Below the pieces are notes generated by a model. The model saw only the letters and a program-made list of their open reading frames with translations. It was not told where the DNA came from and did not search any database. A DNA stretch of 64,000 nt from the human T2T-CHM13v2.0 reference genome, Homo sapiens, in assembly GCF_009914755.1 (NCBI RefSeq), contig NC_060936.1; one strand, written 5' to 3'. This document shows positions 13,432 to 28,729 of the stretch, piece by piece; position 1 is the stretch's first letter; every line of letters begins with the position of its first letter. The position numbers and the translations under genes were made by a program.

Positions 13432-15009
13432 TAGCTGTTTATGCCTGGGTTTATTTCTGGGTTCTCTAGTCTGACCCATTGGTCTATGTGTCTGCTTTTA
13501 TGCGGGTACAATACTGTCTTGATTCCTGTAGGTTTGTAGTATAACTTAAAGTCAGGAAATATGACGCCCACGGATGATTCAGCTGTGCACATCCCTCAGT
13601 GTTCTGGGTGGAGTGAGACAGAAGTGGGCCTCCTGGGCAGGACCCCACAAGTTTGGGGAAGTCGAGTACTCACTTTCCCACTCAAGAGAAATCACAAGCT
13701 GAGGGGGTCTCTCAGCACCAAGCTGCGCCACCCTGAGGGAGGGTGACACAAGAAAAGTGAAACTGCTCTTCTTTTAAATGCATCCACTCTTGGATTTTTT
13801 TGGTCCAGTAGGGAGTCTCAGCTGGACTCCAGGGCTCCCACAGCAGTATTCTCGTCTATGGGTGGTTGCCAAAATTGGTATTTCTATTGGGAGGATGAGG
13901 GCTGGAGCCTCTTATTCTGCCATCTTGCTGACATCCCTCCCAGCCCTGTATGTGTAGTGGAGTATAAACATTCTCTGGGGCTCGCTACCATCACACTGTG
14001 TGTCTGGAGTTTCTGCCTCACCATTTCTCCAGCTCCAGGGATCTTCACCTGGCTCCTGCTTGTATCTCAACACCATTTTTAACTGCCCCAACTCCAATGA
14101 ATTGCCAGTTTGTATCCTACTCCAGTTTTTATTCCTACGAAATCAGCTGTCTGTCCCCATTAAAACTGAGGTGGCCAATTCTATCAGCCCAGTTTCTCTT
14201 GCTTCCCTTCTGAGCAGATACCCAGTGGTTGGTCATTTTAGAAGTGTACCCATTATCTCATCCACTATCCCCTACCTCCCTCTCTTGATTTTCTTTGTTA
14301 ATTTGCTAATCCCCAACACTGAACACACTCTTCTAATCTTTGTTCTTTTTCCTATTAAAAGGCCACAAGTTTTGCTGGCTAATGTCCTAAAAATAGACTA
14401 CTCCTCAACAAATTTGTTCTCCTTATCCTCAGCTGTGTTGTAAAACTTGTTCCTCTCTAGCTGATGACTCATATGTCCCTGTCTTCTTCTGTTCATTTTA
14501 TAGCTTTTCCTGATCCCCATGGCCTTACTCCATGGAAAACTTTGACGCCCCCTAGAGTTTAGTTGTAAGCATCAAATGAAATAAAATATCCGAGGTGCCT
14601 AAAGTCTGTGATGAGAGTTCATAGGTGCCATGTCTACTCTGCTAAGAAAGAGGCCATGTGGAATGAATGCCCTCAACTCGCTCTCTCTTTTGCAAGTTCT
14701 GTTTTCATCTGCATCCTCCTTCTTCCCTATGTCACAGAGAAAAAGTTGTGTCTATTGTGAAATATCTAAAATGATATTTAATAATGTTTGAAAAGGCAGC
14801 TTTTATCATTTATACAAATAAATGAAAAAATTAAATCACAAGTGAATATTTTGGATAATATAACTTTATCAGTAATTCCAGTCATAAGTGTCCCATTAGC
14901 TCATCCCAATCATTTCAATCTCTCAGTATCTCTCTCACCAGCTGCCACTGAATGGAGATTTTGATTCAAAAACTTCAGACAAGAAAAAGTTCTTAAAAAC
15001 TGAACTTCT

Positions 15010-15422
15010 TAAAAATAATTTCAGCTTTTATTTTTGATTCAGGGGGTACATGTGCAGGTTTGTTGGGTATATTGTGTGATGCTGAGGTTTGGGGTAAGAA
15101 CGATTCCATCACCCAAGTAGTGAGCATAGAACCCATAGTCCCCAGTGTCTACTCTTCCCATCTTTGTGTCCATGTGTACCAGTGTTTAGCTCCCACTTGT
15201 AAGTGAGAACATGCAGCATTTGAGTTTCTGTTCCTGCATTAATTCACTGAGGATAATGGCCTCAAGCTGCATCCACGTTGCTGCAAAAGACATTATTTTG
15301 TTCTTCTTCATGACTGTGTAGTATTCCATAGTTATATGTACCACATTTTATTTAATCCATCTCGATGGCAATTTAAGTTGATTCCATGTCTTTGCTATTG
15401 CGGTGAACATATGAGTGCATGT
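15010..15422 (-). mobile_element. L1PA (older, ~L1PA13-16) 3'-end fragment
   Basis: gggggtacatgtgcaggtttgtt..tttagctcccacttgtaagtgagaacatgcag..ggataatggcctc; flanks share actgaac. Confidence 0.88.
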
Positions 15423-15651
15423 AAGACTGAACATTTCTATGCCAAACTGTTGTAGCCTGTCAGGGTTTACATAATCTCACAGAAACTTTTGTCTGTCTAT
15501 ACTACACTGGGTGTATATTAGCGGCAAGTAACAGAAACTGATTTTTCGATAACTTCAAGGAGAAGACGAATATATTGCAAAGGTGAGGGAGGCTCACAAA
15601 ACTGAAGGGAACATTGAGGAAGCTGGCTTGTGGCAAATAAGAACTGGGTGA

Positions 15652-16070
15652 TGTTATGGGCTGACTAATGTCCCCCAATATCTGTATGTTGAAGCCCTAA
15701 TCCCCAATACCTCAGAATGTAACTATATTTGGAGATAGTCCTTTAAAGATGTTTTAAGTTAAAACAAGGCTGTTAGGACCAAATCCAATCTGGCCGCTAT
15801 CCTTATAAGAAAAGGAAATTTGCACACACAGAGAGACAACACTTGTAGGTGAGTGGGTGGGCTCAGGGGAAACACCATGTGAGGACATAGCAAGAAGTCA
15901 GCCATCTGATAGCCAAGCAGGGAGGCCTCAGAGGAAACCAGCCCTGCCCACAACTTAATCTGGACTTCTAGTCTCCAGAACTGTGAAAAAAAAAATCCAT
16001 TTCTGTTGTTTAAGCCACCAGCCTAGAGTGTTGTGTTATGGTTCTGTTATGGCAGCCCTAGCAATCTACA
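15652..16070 (+). mobile_element. MaLR solo LTR (MLT1A-type), apparently inside an older reverse MLT1 (~15510-16340)
   Basis: TG...CA; tatgttgaagccctaatcccca..tatttggagatag..gaggaaaccagccctgcc..ttctgttgtttaagccacc. Confidence 0.85.
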
Positions 16071-17244
16071 GGATGAGCTGACTACTACAGGAGGCTGGAC
16101 AGTAAGCTCTAAACCACCGCTAAACAAATCGATCAACTCCCATTGCTTCTGTCTGTCCTCAATGGAAGTCCTGGAAGAGAGAATTCCATTAGCTGAGCTT
16201 GAATTTGGGTCACCTACCCTTGTCCCCACCAGGTTAGAGTCCATGATGAAGAGAGCAGAAGAAGTTTGAGGGACTCCCCAGGGAAAATCAGGTATGGCTA
16301 AGAAGGAAAAACCTATTCCAGTACCGCAAAAACAATGGCATATTCTCTATATTCTGCTTCTGATAAACTATTTTAAAGTAAATGTACCTGATTTTAAAAC
16401 TTGACAATTTTACTTTTTCAGAAAATAAAAATTCACTTTGACATTAATGCCTTCCATTTCTTAATATGCTACATAGTACTAGGTAGGGAGCTTTGAAATT
16501 AACCTTTGCTTCTGAGTTTCATTCAGTTTCCATCATACCAGTCTACCTTAGCATCATGACCATAGACCACTTTGGACATGTTCTCTCTCACTACTCAGGG
16601 CCAGTCTTTCTGTAAAACAAATTTTAGCATCCAGAAATGTAACTTCCTTTTAGTCTTTTTTTTTTTTTTCTTAAACGTTCTTTTCACTATTCCGCTATGA
16701 GAGTTTTTACAGAGAACTTTAAGAGATCTCTGCCCTATGTTAAGCTTTTGCCTGAAAAGCAACCATATCTTAATCTAAGCAAGCCTGGGGACTGGGCCTT
16801 TGGAAAGAAAGCAGAAGCTATGTCAAGGATAATGGGTTGAGGTTCAAATCCTAAATCTGATGCCAAGAATTCAAAGAAATCTTCTTGGTTTTGACCATGC
16901 ATCTAGAAGGGTGTTGTTCTTTTTGAGAGTGTGTAGTAAGTCAAGATTTGATTATTAAAAGAAGATCCTTACACCTTTGTGATAAAAGAGATTTGTAGTC
17001 TTAGAGGCCAGTGGAGAGCACTTGAAAGAATTTTGTTAATATGCAAATAAAAAGTAATACTATTTAAAAAAAATGAATATCATCTTTAAAAAAAAGTCGG
17101 TGTCCTACAATAATATTTAAGAATCTAAGACTTTAAATATACACTTATTCCTTCAAATCCAGATGTCTTCATAAATTTGACTATGCTGAGTAATGTTTGG
17201 ATGAGTTTAATAAACATGCATTGCTATGTAAAGTGAAATATAAA

Positions 17245-17450
17245 TGCTTTGGTTTATGTGGACTCTGGAGTCAAACCTCTTGAGCTCTTCTCCTAGGCTT
17301 ACCACTTACTAGGTATGTGACTTTAAGCAAGTTACTTAAACATTCTGACTTTCATTTCTTCATCTGTAAGTCAGATCGTATAAAGGTCAAATGAAACAAA
17401 CATGTAAACTGCAGGAATGTGGTAAAGCAATGTAAGCTATTAGTGTCATT
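17245..17450 (+). mobile_element. MIR
   Basis: ggactctggagtcaaac..ttactaggtatgtgactttaagcaagttacttaa..tttcttcatctgtaa. Confidence 0.75.
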
Positions 17451-18845
17451 ACTATGACCTGAGTGCCAAGATACAGGGGCCGTGAGACCTGAGCCCTGCA
17501 CTAGAGGGACTGGCAGCACGAGACAGTCTTGGGCACCCTGCAGTCAACACAGGGGCTGTGCAGGCAGGGCACTAAGCTGGGCATTCAGAAATGCTTCTTT
17601 TTGGGTCCTGCACTAAGCCTCAAAGGATGAATAAATCCCAAATTAGCCATAATGGTCACAACCCAAGAGCTGGCTATACCGAGATATGTCAGTGATTTCT
17701 TTCACTTGCATGTTGAAGGCTTAATTGCCAATTTGAATACAATCTGCTTCAGAAAAGTAGCAGAAATGTCAACCATTTGAGTGAAGATGAAGTTTTGGCA
17801 GTGGCCCTGCTTCAGTGTCTCCTCTGTTCCAAACTATAAACCCACTCAACCATTCCTAGGATACATGGCTCTACCAAGGCCTCTCTAATTATGTGGAGTG
17901 GTTTTGCTTGGCAGTACTAGAAGAATTCTTACAGAATACCTTAGCATAATCCTTTGTCTTGGAGAAAATCCAAATTTTGGTTAAGTTCCAGCCTTTTCAA
18001 ATGAGCTTCTTTGCACAAACAAGATCCCACTGTCTGATGTATTTTCAAGAGAGAGATGACTGGGTCCCCAACAGGTTCCAGTGGCAAGAGCTTTATTCAC
18101 AAGAAGCATAAGCCCACTGTGTCCCATCAGGTTTCATAACACTGCTAATTAGGGCTTCCATTCATGGGGATGCTGTGCTCAATGGTTTACACATTTTAAC
18201 TCCATCTTTATAATCCCATTTTACACATGAGGAATCAGAGGCTCAACAAGAGTAAGCCATCTGCACAAGCTGACATAACCAGTAAGAGAAGCCAGAATTT
18301 AAGCTCACATTTGATTTAAAAGTGAAAGAACACATAAACTTCTATTCTTATGTTTTCCAACCTAAATTAGACCAAGTATAAGCAAGGAGAAATATTCATA
18401 ATCATGACCACACTGCAAAAAATGTTAATTCCTAATAACAAGAAACCATATGATGTACTAACTCAGGCTTGGTGATGGCTACGCATCTTCAGCTGGTGTC
18501 ACAGCCCACACTACCTGGCACTTGTTTGGATTAAAACCATTACTGAAGTGACATAATTTGATTGATTTTTCCTCCAGAGTTTTAAGCATACCTAGAAAGA
18601 CACAACATAAAATATATTTTCTTTTATATCTAGTCCATGGGCTCTCTAAGAGTTGTTTAGGAGAGTCCCTGGACTACAGGATAAGAATCCATGGCCTCAA
18701 TCAGAGGTAACGACTAGCACTGAGGACGATATTCCCTGACACCTGGGATGCCCAGTTATCTATTCATTGGGAAAAAGTTGATGAGTTCCTGAGGGTGTTG
18801 ACCACACTGCAATTTAAGGACAAAAAAAAATTACACTTCAGACTA

Positions 18846-19055
18846 CGGGGTGGCAAACTATAACCTTTGGGTCAAATCTAGTCCTCTACCTATTTTTGTA
18901 AGTGAAGTTTTATGGGAACACAGACATGCCTATTTGTTTGTGTATTTTCCATGGCTGCTTTCATGCTACAATGACAGAGTCAAGCAACAGAGATGGCCGT
19001 GGCCTGCAGAGCCAAATATCTTCACTATCTGGCTCTTTAAGTGTCCCTACCCCTG
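18846..19055 (-). mobile_element. MER58A (opposite orientation to the 9697 copy)
   Basis: ggggtggcaaacta..gttttatgggaacacag..atggctgctttcatgctacaa..actatctggctcttta..acccctg. Confidence 0.8.
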
Positions 19056-19264
19056 GCCTAGGTTATCTACTACCTCTGCAGGAAGTATGTTCCTCTTTGC
19101 TATTCTCCTCTGCATTCCTGATCCAGAGAAAGCAGCAGACCTCCTGCTGCACTGAATATAAACTTTGTGAGAGTAAAATCTTAGTGCTGCTGGTGTCCTG
19201 TGGTGCCTTTTGGATTCACATCACACAATGGCTCATCTTCAGGACTGACCTTGATGATGTGTAG

Positions 19265-19515
19265 GAGGTAGTTAAACATAATGGCTAAGACTTGAAGGTT
19301 TCTTCAGTTTCTTACTCGGCTGCTTTCCAGCTTTGTGACCTTTGAAAACATACTTAACCTTTCTGTGCTTCTGTTTCTTCATCTTTAAAATGGGGATGAG
19401 AACAAGACTACCCACCTGATAGAGTTATCGATAGAATTAAATGAGTGAATTCAAGGAAATGTTGTGTTTAGTCCGGAGCTTGATTCATAACAAGCATTCC
19501 CTAAGAACTAGCTCT
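19265..19515 (+). mobile_element. MIR
   Basis: agctttgtgacctttg..acttaacctttctgtgcttctgtttcttcatctttaaaatgggga..attaaatgag. Confidence 0.75.
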
Positions 19516-19818
19516 TACAAGTGTAGTCACAGTCAAACTAGGGGCCAAGTCAAAAGAGGTTTCAAAATTTAGAGAGAAATGAATTTTCCGTTTCTACTCC
19601 TCTCAGCTTCTGGCTGAACACTACTTTTTTAAAAAATTATGTTTGTTTCCTCATCTGAAATTTGAAGATGTCCTCTTGATCTTCTGCACAGTAATGTCAA
19701 AAGAGTAATTTAATATTTTTTAAATATGAAGGTACAATTGCCAGAACTTGTTTTTCTATCATTTTTCCAGTTCTATGACTATGTGATGTAAGAAAAGGGA
19801 ATTAAGATTCTAACTTGA

Positions 19819-20109
19819 GGCCGGGCGCGGTGGCTCATGCCTGTAATCCCAGCACTTTGAAAGGCCAAGGTGGGCAGATCACGAGGTCAGGAGATCGAGA
19901 CCATCCTGGCTAACACAGTGAAACCCCGTCTCTACTAAAAATACAAAAAATTAGCTGGGCGTGGTGGCAGGCGCCTGTAGTCCAGCTACTCGGGAGGCTG
20001 AGACAGGAAAATGGCGTGAACCCGGGAGGCGGAGCTTGCAATGAGCTGAGATGGCGCCACTGCCCTCCAGCCTGGATGACAGAGCCAGACTGCATCTCAA
20101 TAAAAAATA
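19819..20109 (+). mobile_element. AluY
   Basis: gatcacgaggtcaggagatcgagaccatcctggctaacac and ggcgtgaacccgggaggcggagcttgca diagnostics; degenerate TSD ending taacttga. Confidence 0.95.
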
Positions 20110-20686
20110 AAGAATCTTTTTTAACTTGAAAGAAAGGTTTTTATTAGAATCTTGACTTGCTGTGATTATAATGGTTTTGGATCTACTGAAATAATTTATG
20201 ACTGGGATGGTTAAATTTAGGTGTCAATTTCACTGAATTAAAGGCTTTACCGGGTAGTGGGGTATGTCTGTGAAGGTGTTTCAGAAGACACTGGCATTTG
20301 AATTGGTGAACTGAGGAAGGAAGATCTGTGCTCACTATGGATGGATACCATTTAGTCAACTGAGGACCAGGATAGAACAAAAAGGCAGAGGAAAGGCCAA
20401 TTTGCTCACTTTCTCTTCTAGAGCCAGGACAGCCTTTTTCTTCTGTCTGTGGACATCATATCTTCAGGTCTTTGACCTCTGGGACTTGCCCCAACAGTCC
20501 ACTGGGTTCCCAGGCTTTCAGCTTTGAACCGAGAGTTACACCATGGGTTTCCCTGGTTCTAAGGCCTGTGGACTTGGACTGAGACATGCTATGGGCCTTC
20601 CTGGGTCTCCAGCTTGCAGACAGCCTATCATGGACTTGACCACCTCCATAATCACATAAGCCAATTCCCCTAATAAATCCTCTCTC

Positions 20687-20687
<1 letters not shown>

Positions 20688-20731
<44 letters not shown>
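20688..20731. repeat. (TCTA)11 perfect tetranucleotide STR
   Basis: Directly counted, 44 nt. Confidence 0.97.
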
Positions 20732-21850
20732 CAGGGGTAATTCAGAGATATTGGTGGTTCAGTTCCAGGCTACTGCAATAAAACAAGTATCATCATAAAA
20801 CAAGCCACACGATTTTTTTGGTTTGTCAGTGCATATAAAAGTTATGTTTACACTATACTGTAGTCTATTAATTGTGCAATGGCATTATGTCTAAAAAATA
20901 ATTTACAGACCTTTTAAATTAAAATGAAAAAAAATTAACAATACTTTATTGCTAAAAAATGCTAATGATCATCTGAGCCTTCAGCAAGTTGTAATCTTCT
21001 TGCTGGTAGAGAGGGTCTTGCCTCGCTGTTGATGGCTGCAGACTAATCAGAGACGGTTGCTAAAAGTTGAGGTAGCTGTGGCAATTTCTTAAAATAAGAC
21101 AAAAGTTTGCTGCATTGATGGATTCTCCCATTCACGAAATATTTTTCTGTAGCATGTGATGCAGTTTGATAGCATTTTACCCACAGTAGAACTTCTTTGA
21201 AAATTGAAGTCAATCCTCGCAAACCCCACCACTGCTTTACTACTAAGTTTATGGAATTTCTACATCATTTGTTGGCATTTTAACAATGTTCACAGCATCT
21301 TCACCAGAAGTAGATTTCATCTCAAGAAACCACTCTCTTTGCTCATCCATAATAAGCAAGTCCTCATCCATTCAAGTTTAAGTTTTATCATGAGATTGCA
21401 GCAATTCAGTCACATCTTCAGGCTCCACTTCTAATTCTAGTTCTCTTTCTATTTCCACCACATCTCAGTTGACACTTTCTCCACTGAAGTCTTGAACCCC
21501 TCAAAGTCATCCAGGTGTATTAGAATCAACTTCTTCCAAACTGCTGTTCATGTTGGTATTTGGACCTCCTCCCATGAATCATGAATGTTCTTAATGGTAT
21601 CTAGAATGGTGAATCCTTTCCAGAAGGTTTTCAATTTACTTTTCCAGATCTGTCAGAATAACCACTATCTAGAGCAGCTATAGCCTTACAAAATTTATTT
21701 CTTAAATAAGACTTGAAAGGCTAAATTGCTCCTTGATCCATGGGCTACAGAATGGATGCTGTGTTTGCAGGGATGAAAATAATATTAATCTTATTGTACA
21801 TTTCCGTCAGAGCTGTTGGATGACCAGGTATATTGTCAATGAGCAGTAAT

Positions 21851-22276
<426 letters not shown>

Positions 22277-22336
22277 AATGAGCAGTAATATTTTGAAAGG
22301 AATTTTTTTCTGAGAAGTAGGTCTCAATGGTCAGGT

Positions 22337-23185
22337 TCAAATATCAAGTAAACCATGCTGTAAACAGATACGTTGTATCCACGCTTTGTTGTTCCACTTA
22401 CAGAGCATAAGCAGATCATATTTAGCATAATTCTTAAGAGGCCTAGGATTATCAAAGTGGTAAACAAGCATTGGTTTCACCTTAAAGTTATCAGCCGTAT
22501 TAGCCACTAACAAGAGAGTCAGCTTGTGCTTCGAAGCTTTGAAACCAGGCATTGACTTCTCCTATCTAGCTATGAAAGTCCTAGATGGCATATCCTTATA
22601 ATAGAAGCCTGTTTTGTCTACATTGAAAATCTATTGTTCAGTGTAGCCACCTTCAACAATTATCTTAGCTAGATCTTCCGGATAACCTGCTGCAGCATCT
22701 CCATCACCACTTGCTGCTTCACCTCTTTTATGTTATGAAGATGGCTTTTTCCCTTAAGCTTCATGAATCAACCTCTGCCAGCTTCAACCTTTTCTTCTGC
22801 AGCTTCCTCACCTCTCTCAGGCTTCACAGAATTGAAGACAGTTAAGGCCTTGTTTTGGATTAGGCTTTGGCTTAAGGAAGTGTTGTGGCTGGTTTGGTCT
22901 TCCATTCAGACCAATAAAACTTTCTCCATAGCAGCAATAAGGCTGTTTGTCTTTCTTATCATTCATGTAATTCACTGCAGTAGCACTTTTAATTTCCTTC
23001 AAGAATTTTTTCTTTTCATTCACAACTTGGCTAACTGTTTGGCACAAATGGCCTCGCTTTAAGCCAATCTCTTGGCCTATCTCAGCTTTCCACATGCCTT
23101 CCTCACTAAGCGTAATCGTTTTTAGCTTTTGATTTAAAGTGGGAGATGTGCGACTTTTCCTTTCATTTGAACACTGAGAGGCCAT
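22337..23185 (-). pseudogene. Tigger1 transposase pseudogene fragments (CENP-B-type HTH and DDE_1 region)
   Basis: [52 protein letters not shown] and MPGFKASKHKLTLLLVAN..KPMLVYH..NPRPLKNYAK..KWNNKAW; broken by frameshifts, stops and an Alu. Confidence 0.92.
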
Positions 23186-24623
23186 TGTAGGGTTATTAGC
23201 TGATCTAATTTCAATACCACTGTGTCTCCAGAAATAGGGAGGCCTGAGGAGAGAGAGGTGAAGGGACAGCTGGTTAGTGGAGCAGCCAGAAAACACAACG
23301 ATTATAGTTTAAGTTCGTTTATAGATCACAGATCACTATAACAGATATGATAGTAATAAAAACATCTGAAATATTGTGAGAATTACCAAAATGTGATGAA
23401 AAGACATAAAGTGAGCATATGCTGTTTGAAAAATGGTGCCAATAGACTTGTTCAACACAGGGGTACCACAAACCTTCAATTTGTGAAAAAAAAAAAAAAA
23501 AAAAAAAAAAAAAACAATATCTGCAAAGGACAATAAAAGAAAGTATCCTTATAATAGATATATAAACATGAATATCCTATTGGGTCCATTTCTCTGAAGA
23601 ACCCTAATTCAATGATTTTTACATTTCCTTATGGAAAAAATATGTCAACACTTGCATACTTCAATTAAAACGCTTAAATGTACGAACCCAGGACATTAAG
23701 AAAGTAAACACAGAAGCCTGACTCTGGAGAGAGGAATAACATTGGAAGCTACAGATACATGGAATGTTTTGCACTTATCCCATTTGTATTTTTTTTTCTG
23801 AAACTTGCTCATTGTAAAATGAAAGATGGGAAAAGGACAGTGGGAAATGTTACAGTGGAGCTTACGGCGGAAAGCAGTGTGTCTTTGGGCTTTTAGTTAC
23901 CCACTTCTGCTTCATTAATACAAATATGATACGTCCTGTTGCCATCACAGAGCAGTGCTCTGATCTTTTCACATTTCCACAGGACCATTTTGCATATTTC
24001 TCATTTGAAAAATAAATTAGAGCAACTATGCTAACCGAATGAGAACTAAAAGATCAATTCCAATAAAAAGGCATTCATATCAGCACAGTAATAGAAATGC
24101 TGTTAAATGCATTAGGAAGCTGGTGATCTTCTAACCTGTATTGTCTTTGTAACCTAATCTTACTCAGCATTCTACATTTAAATGGAATTTTTAAATAGAA
24201 ATCAGAAATTTAAACCATTTCTACCATCTTGCACCTGCTCCTGTGATTAAATTCTTAATTCATTCGAGGAAGCATATTAAATTATATTACCAATGCTACT
24301 TCACTTGTGTACATGGAAAATCAATGAAGCAGCCATTTTTAAGTTTCGGCTCTGCTGCTTTCAGGTGCTCTGTTTTCTTTGGGTGGGTCTCTTACTTCCC
24401 ACACTCCCTTTCAGTTTTCACTTATTTGAAATTTCATCAAGCTCCTAGTTAGTGTATTTTAACTGGCACATCCTTAGCTGAGTCCTAAGGTTCAAACGAT
24501 CCTTTATATGCAAAAATGTAACCAAATTTCAATGAAAGTGCATATTGTCCAAATATATTTTCCAAACAGGCTCCAACACATTGTACAACGTTTCTCTGCT
24601 GATATTACCTTTAAATTAGACAT

Positions 24624-24800
24624 TGTACTTGTTTTCTAGGGCTACAGTAACAAATTGCCCTACACAAGGTGGCTAAAAATAATACAGAACAACAATGATT
24701 TTTTTTCTCACACAGTTCTGGAGGCCAGAAGTCTAAAATCAAGTGTTTTGGGGGTTGATTCTTTCTGGAGGCTCTGAGGGAGAACCTGTTCAATGCCCTT
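24624..24800 (-). mobile_element. MLT1 LTR 3' fragment
   Basis: gtaacaaattgcc..tctcacacagttctggaggccagaagtctaaaatcaag..tctggaggctctgagggagaa. Confidence 0.75.
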
Positions 24801-27086
24801 TTTTCAGAGGACTTATAAAAGCACAATTTAATTATATAAGATGTAAAATGTGGTAAAAGATGTTTTAATAAAATATTTGCAACACATATAAGAATTGATA
24901 GCTCTAATGTACAAAGATTGCCTACAAATTGATTAGAAAAAGACATTTTAAAAAGGGGGAAAGAAAATGACAATTCATCAAAGAGGAAATACAAATGGGC
25001 ATATTGTATGAAAACACAAGCAACCTTACTTTTAACTGTTGTCAGGGAAATGTAATATGAAAATGATGAGATATAATTATGTAACACATTAGATTGGCAA
25101 CATATAAAAGAGACTGATACTTTCCAGTGCTTGTAAGGGTGTAGGGGAATCGACTTTTATATGCAAGCCAAGCAGAAATGTAAGTTGCTAAAACATTTTT
25201 GGAACATTATCTGAAAAAAATCTTTTTTTTTTTCAAATTTCTGGGTTTTTATTAGAGTATTTTTAAAATGTGTACCAACTTATGGGGTACATGAGAAAAT
25301 GTGTAATGTGCATATATTGTGCATTGATCAAGTCAGAGTATTCAGGGTGCTCATAATCAGAGTACAATACATTTTTAGTTGAAAACAGTTATCCTATTCT
25401 GTTATCTAATACTTCATTTATTCCTTTTAACTTACTATATGCTTGTGCCCTTGAACCCACTTCTCTTCCTCCCACCTCCTGCCTGCTTATCCTTCCAGGT
25501 CTCCCTTACTTATTTTTCGACTCTCAACCTCCATGTGTTCTAATTCTTTATCTCCCGCATACGAGTGAGAATATGCAACATTTGTCTTTTTGTGCCAGGC
25601 TTATTTCACTCAAGGTAATGACTTCCAGTTCCATCCATGTTGCTGCAAATGACATGATTTCATTATTTTTTGGGGCTGAGTAGTATTCCAGGATACCACA
25701 TTTTCCTTATCCATTCATCCATTGATGGACACTTAGGTTGAGTCCATATCTTAGCTACTGTAAATAGTGCTGCGGTAAACATATGAGTGCAGATATTCCT
25801 TTGTATATTGATTTATTTTCCTTTGGGTAGATACCCAGTAGTGAAATGCTGAATCAAATGGTAATTCTATGTTTAGTTTTTTGAGGAATCTCCATGTTGT
25901 TTTCCATGGTGGTTCTACTAGTTTACATTCACACCAGCAGTATAAGAGTTCCTTTTTCTCTGCATCCTCGCCAACATCTGTTATTTTTGTCTTTTTGATA
26001 ACAGCCATTCTGACTGGGGTAAGATGATATCTCATTGTGGTTTTGATTTACACTTCTCTGATTAGTGATGTTGAGCATTTTTTCATATACTGTTCACCAT
26101 TTATATGTCTTCTTCTGAGAAATGACTATTCATGACATTTGCTCACCTTTTAACGGGATTATTTGGGTTTTTTTTCCCTTTGAGTTCCTTGTATATTCTG
26201 GATATCAATCCAATGTATGATGAATACTTTGAAAATGTTTTCACCCATTCAACAGATTGTCTCTTCATTCTGCTGATTACTTATTTTGCTGTGCAGAAGC
26301 TTTTTAGTTTAGTGAAGTCCAATATGTCTAATTTTGTTTTTGTTGCTTTTGCTTTTAAGATCTTAGTCATACATTATTTGCCTAGACTACTATCCAGGAG
26401 ACTTTCCCCTAGGTTGTTGTCTAGCATTTTTATAGTTCCAGGCCTTACATTTAAGTCTTTAATCCATTTGGAGTTTATTTTTGTATGTGGTGAGAGGTAG
26501 GGGTCCAGTTTCATTCTTCTGCAGGTGGCTATCCAATTTTCTCAGCACAATTTATTGAAGAGGGTGTCCTTTCCCCAATGTAAGTTCTTGTCAGCTTTGT
26601 CAAAGATCAGTTGGCTGTATTCATATGGCTTTATTGTTTGGTTCTCTATTTTGTTCTATTGGTCTGAGTATCTACTTTTATATTGATACCATGCTGCTTT
26701 GGTTATTAGAGCCTTGCTATATATTTTGAAGTCAGGTAATATGATGCCTCCAGCTTTATTCCTTTTGCTTGGGATTGCTTTGGTACTTGGGCTCTTTTTC
26801 AGTTCCATATGAATTTTAGGATTTTATTTTTCTAATGCTGTGAAGAATGGTGTTGATGTTTTCACAGGGATTATATTGAATCTGTAGATTGTTTTGGAAA
26901 GCATGATCATTTTAATAACATTTTTTCTTCTGATCTATGAGCATAGGATGTTTTTCCACTTGTTTTGTCATCTTCAATTTATTTCCATTCTTTTGCAGCT
27001 TTCTTTGTAGAAATATTTCACCTCTTTGGTTAAATTTATTCCTACATATTTTTTAGGTGTTTTAAATGGGATTGCCTTCTTGAATT

Positions 27087-27571
27087 TGTTGCAGCTTTTT
27101 TGCTCCCACAGATCAGTGAGTGGGAGGGAGTGGCACCCAGGGGCTTTTTCTCTCCCATTGTTAGGCAAGTGGGAGGGAGGGTTACAGTTCTTTTACTCCC
27201 ACCACCCACAGCTCGGCAAGCAGGAGTGTTACAGATCTTTTGCCCCTGCAGTTCAGCGAGTTCTGGGTTCTTGTCCCATGACCAGGAGGAATAAGGTGCA
27301 GGGACACTGGAGAGTGAGTAAGGCAGAGTCGAATTTTATTGAGTGACAGAAAAAAAGCTCTCAGCTGTGAGAGGGGACCCAAAAGTGGGTAGCCATCTGT
27401 GAGGCTGAATCCAGGGTTTTTATGGGCTTAAATGGGGGAATGCTTGCTGATTGGTCCATGGCGGTCTTGGAAAAAACATCATTTGATTGGTTAAAGGGCA
27501 TTATTCAGAAGGAACCAATCAAGAGACAGTCCCTGTATGCCTACAAATTTGTCTATCTTTTGTTGCTATCA
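27087..27571 (-). mobile_element. ERV1 solo LTR (LTR27/LTR28/MER52 group), internally shortened
   Basis: TG..CA termini; minus strand starts TGATAGCAACAAAAGATAGACAAATT; AATAAA on minus (tttatt ~27335); CCAAT boxes; flanks aatt/attt. Confidence 0.75.
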
Positions 27572-27691
27572 ATTTCTTTCTCAGTTAGATTGTTATTGGT
27601 GTGTATGAAATACATTACTAATTTTTGCACATTGATTTTGTAACCTGTAACTTTACTGAACTGATTATCAAATCTAAGAGTTTTTTGGTGA

Positions 27692-28070
<379 letters not shown>

Positions 28071-28304
28071 TAATTCCTCTTTTCTAAATGGATGTCTTTT
28101 ATTTCTTTTTCTTCCCTCATTTCTCTGGTTAAGACTTCCAGAAGTGTGACTTGCCAGAAGTGAGACTGTCATCAGTAACTTCTTCCTCTAGCAACTCCCA
28201 GCACCTTCACTTGGCCTTTTCCTCTAATCTAATCCAGGCAGTTTTCTTCCAAACAGACTCAGTCCATCTATTATTTTTTTCTGTTGTCAATTCCTTAAAG
28301 TGAG

Positions 28305-28525
28305 GGAGCAGGAACTAAGCCAACGTACTTGGGTTAAAATCTTAGCTCTGCCACTTACCAGCTGTGTGACCTTGAGAAAGATACTCAACCTCTCTGTTCA
28401 TCGGTTTTCCATCCATAATTTTAGGATGATAGGGTTACAAGGATTTAAGAAATTAATACAGGTAAAGTGCTTTGGACAGCATCTGGCACATAAGTAGGCA
28501 TTCATGAACGTTAGCTGCTATTCTT
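28305..28525 (+). mobile_element. MIR
   Basis: agctctgccacttaccagctgtgtgaccttgagaaagatactcaacctctctg..gtaaagtgcttt..ctggcacataagtagg. Confidence 0.85.
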
Positions 28526-28729
28526 ATTCTCTTGTAAAGTCAAAGAACTACAATCTCTTTAAATAAACAAACTAGTCCTAATTATTGTTATTTTAAAGTC
28601 ACTTTATTACCAACTGTGAAGTCCAAACAAGTTTAATAAAAATTAACATAAGGATTGACATGACCCTTTTGGGGAAAAAAATCAACAAAATGTTTTTATA
28701 GAATTTAAAAACTGCCTACAATATTAACT

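Noticed and set aside
22337-23296. TIGD1-like protein
   Set aside because: Decayed Tigger1 copy with frameshifts and an Alu insertion, not the domesticated gene
23944-23964. IRE-like hairpin cagag-CAGTG-ctctg
   Set aside because: Loop is 5 nt rather than CAGUGN, the bulged C and lower stem are not correctly placed, and there is no UTR context
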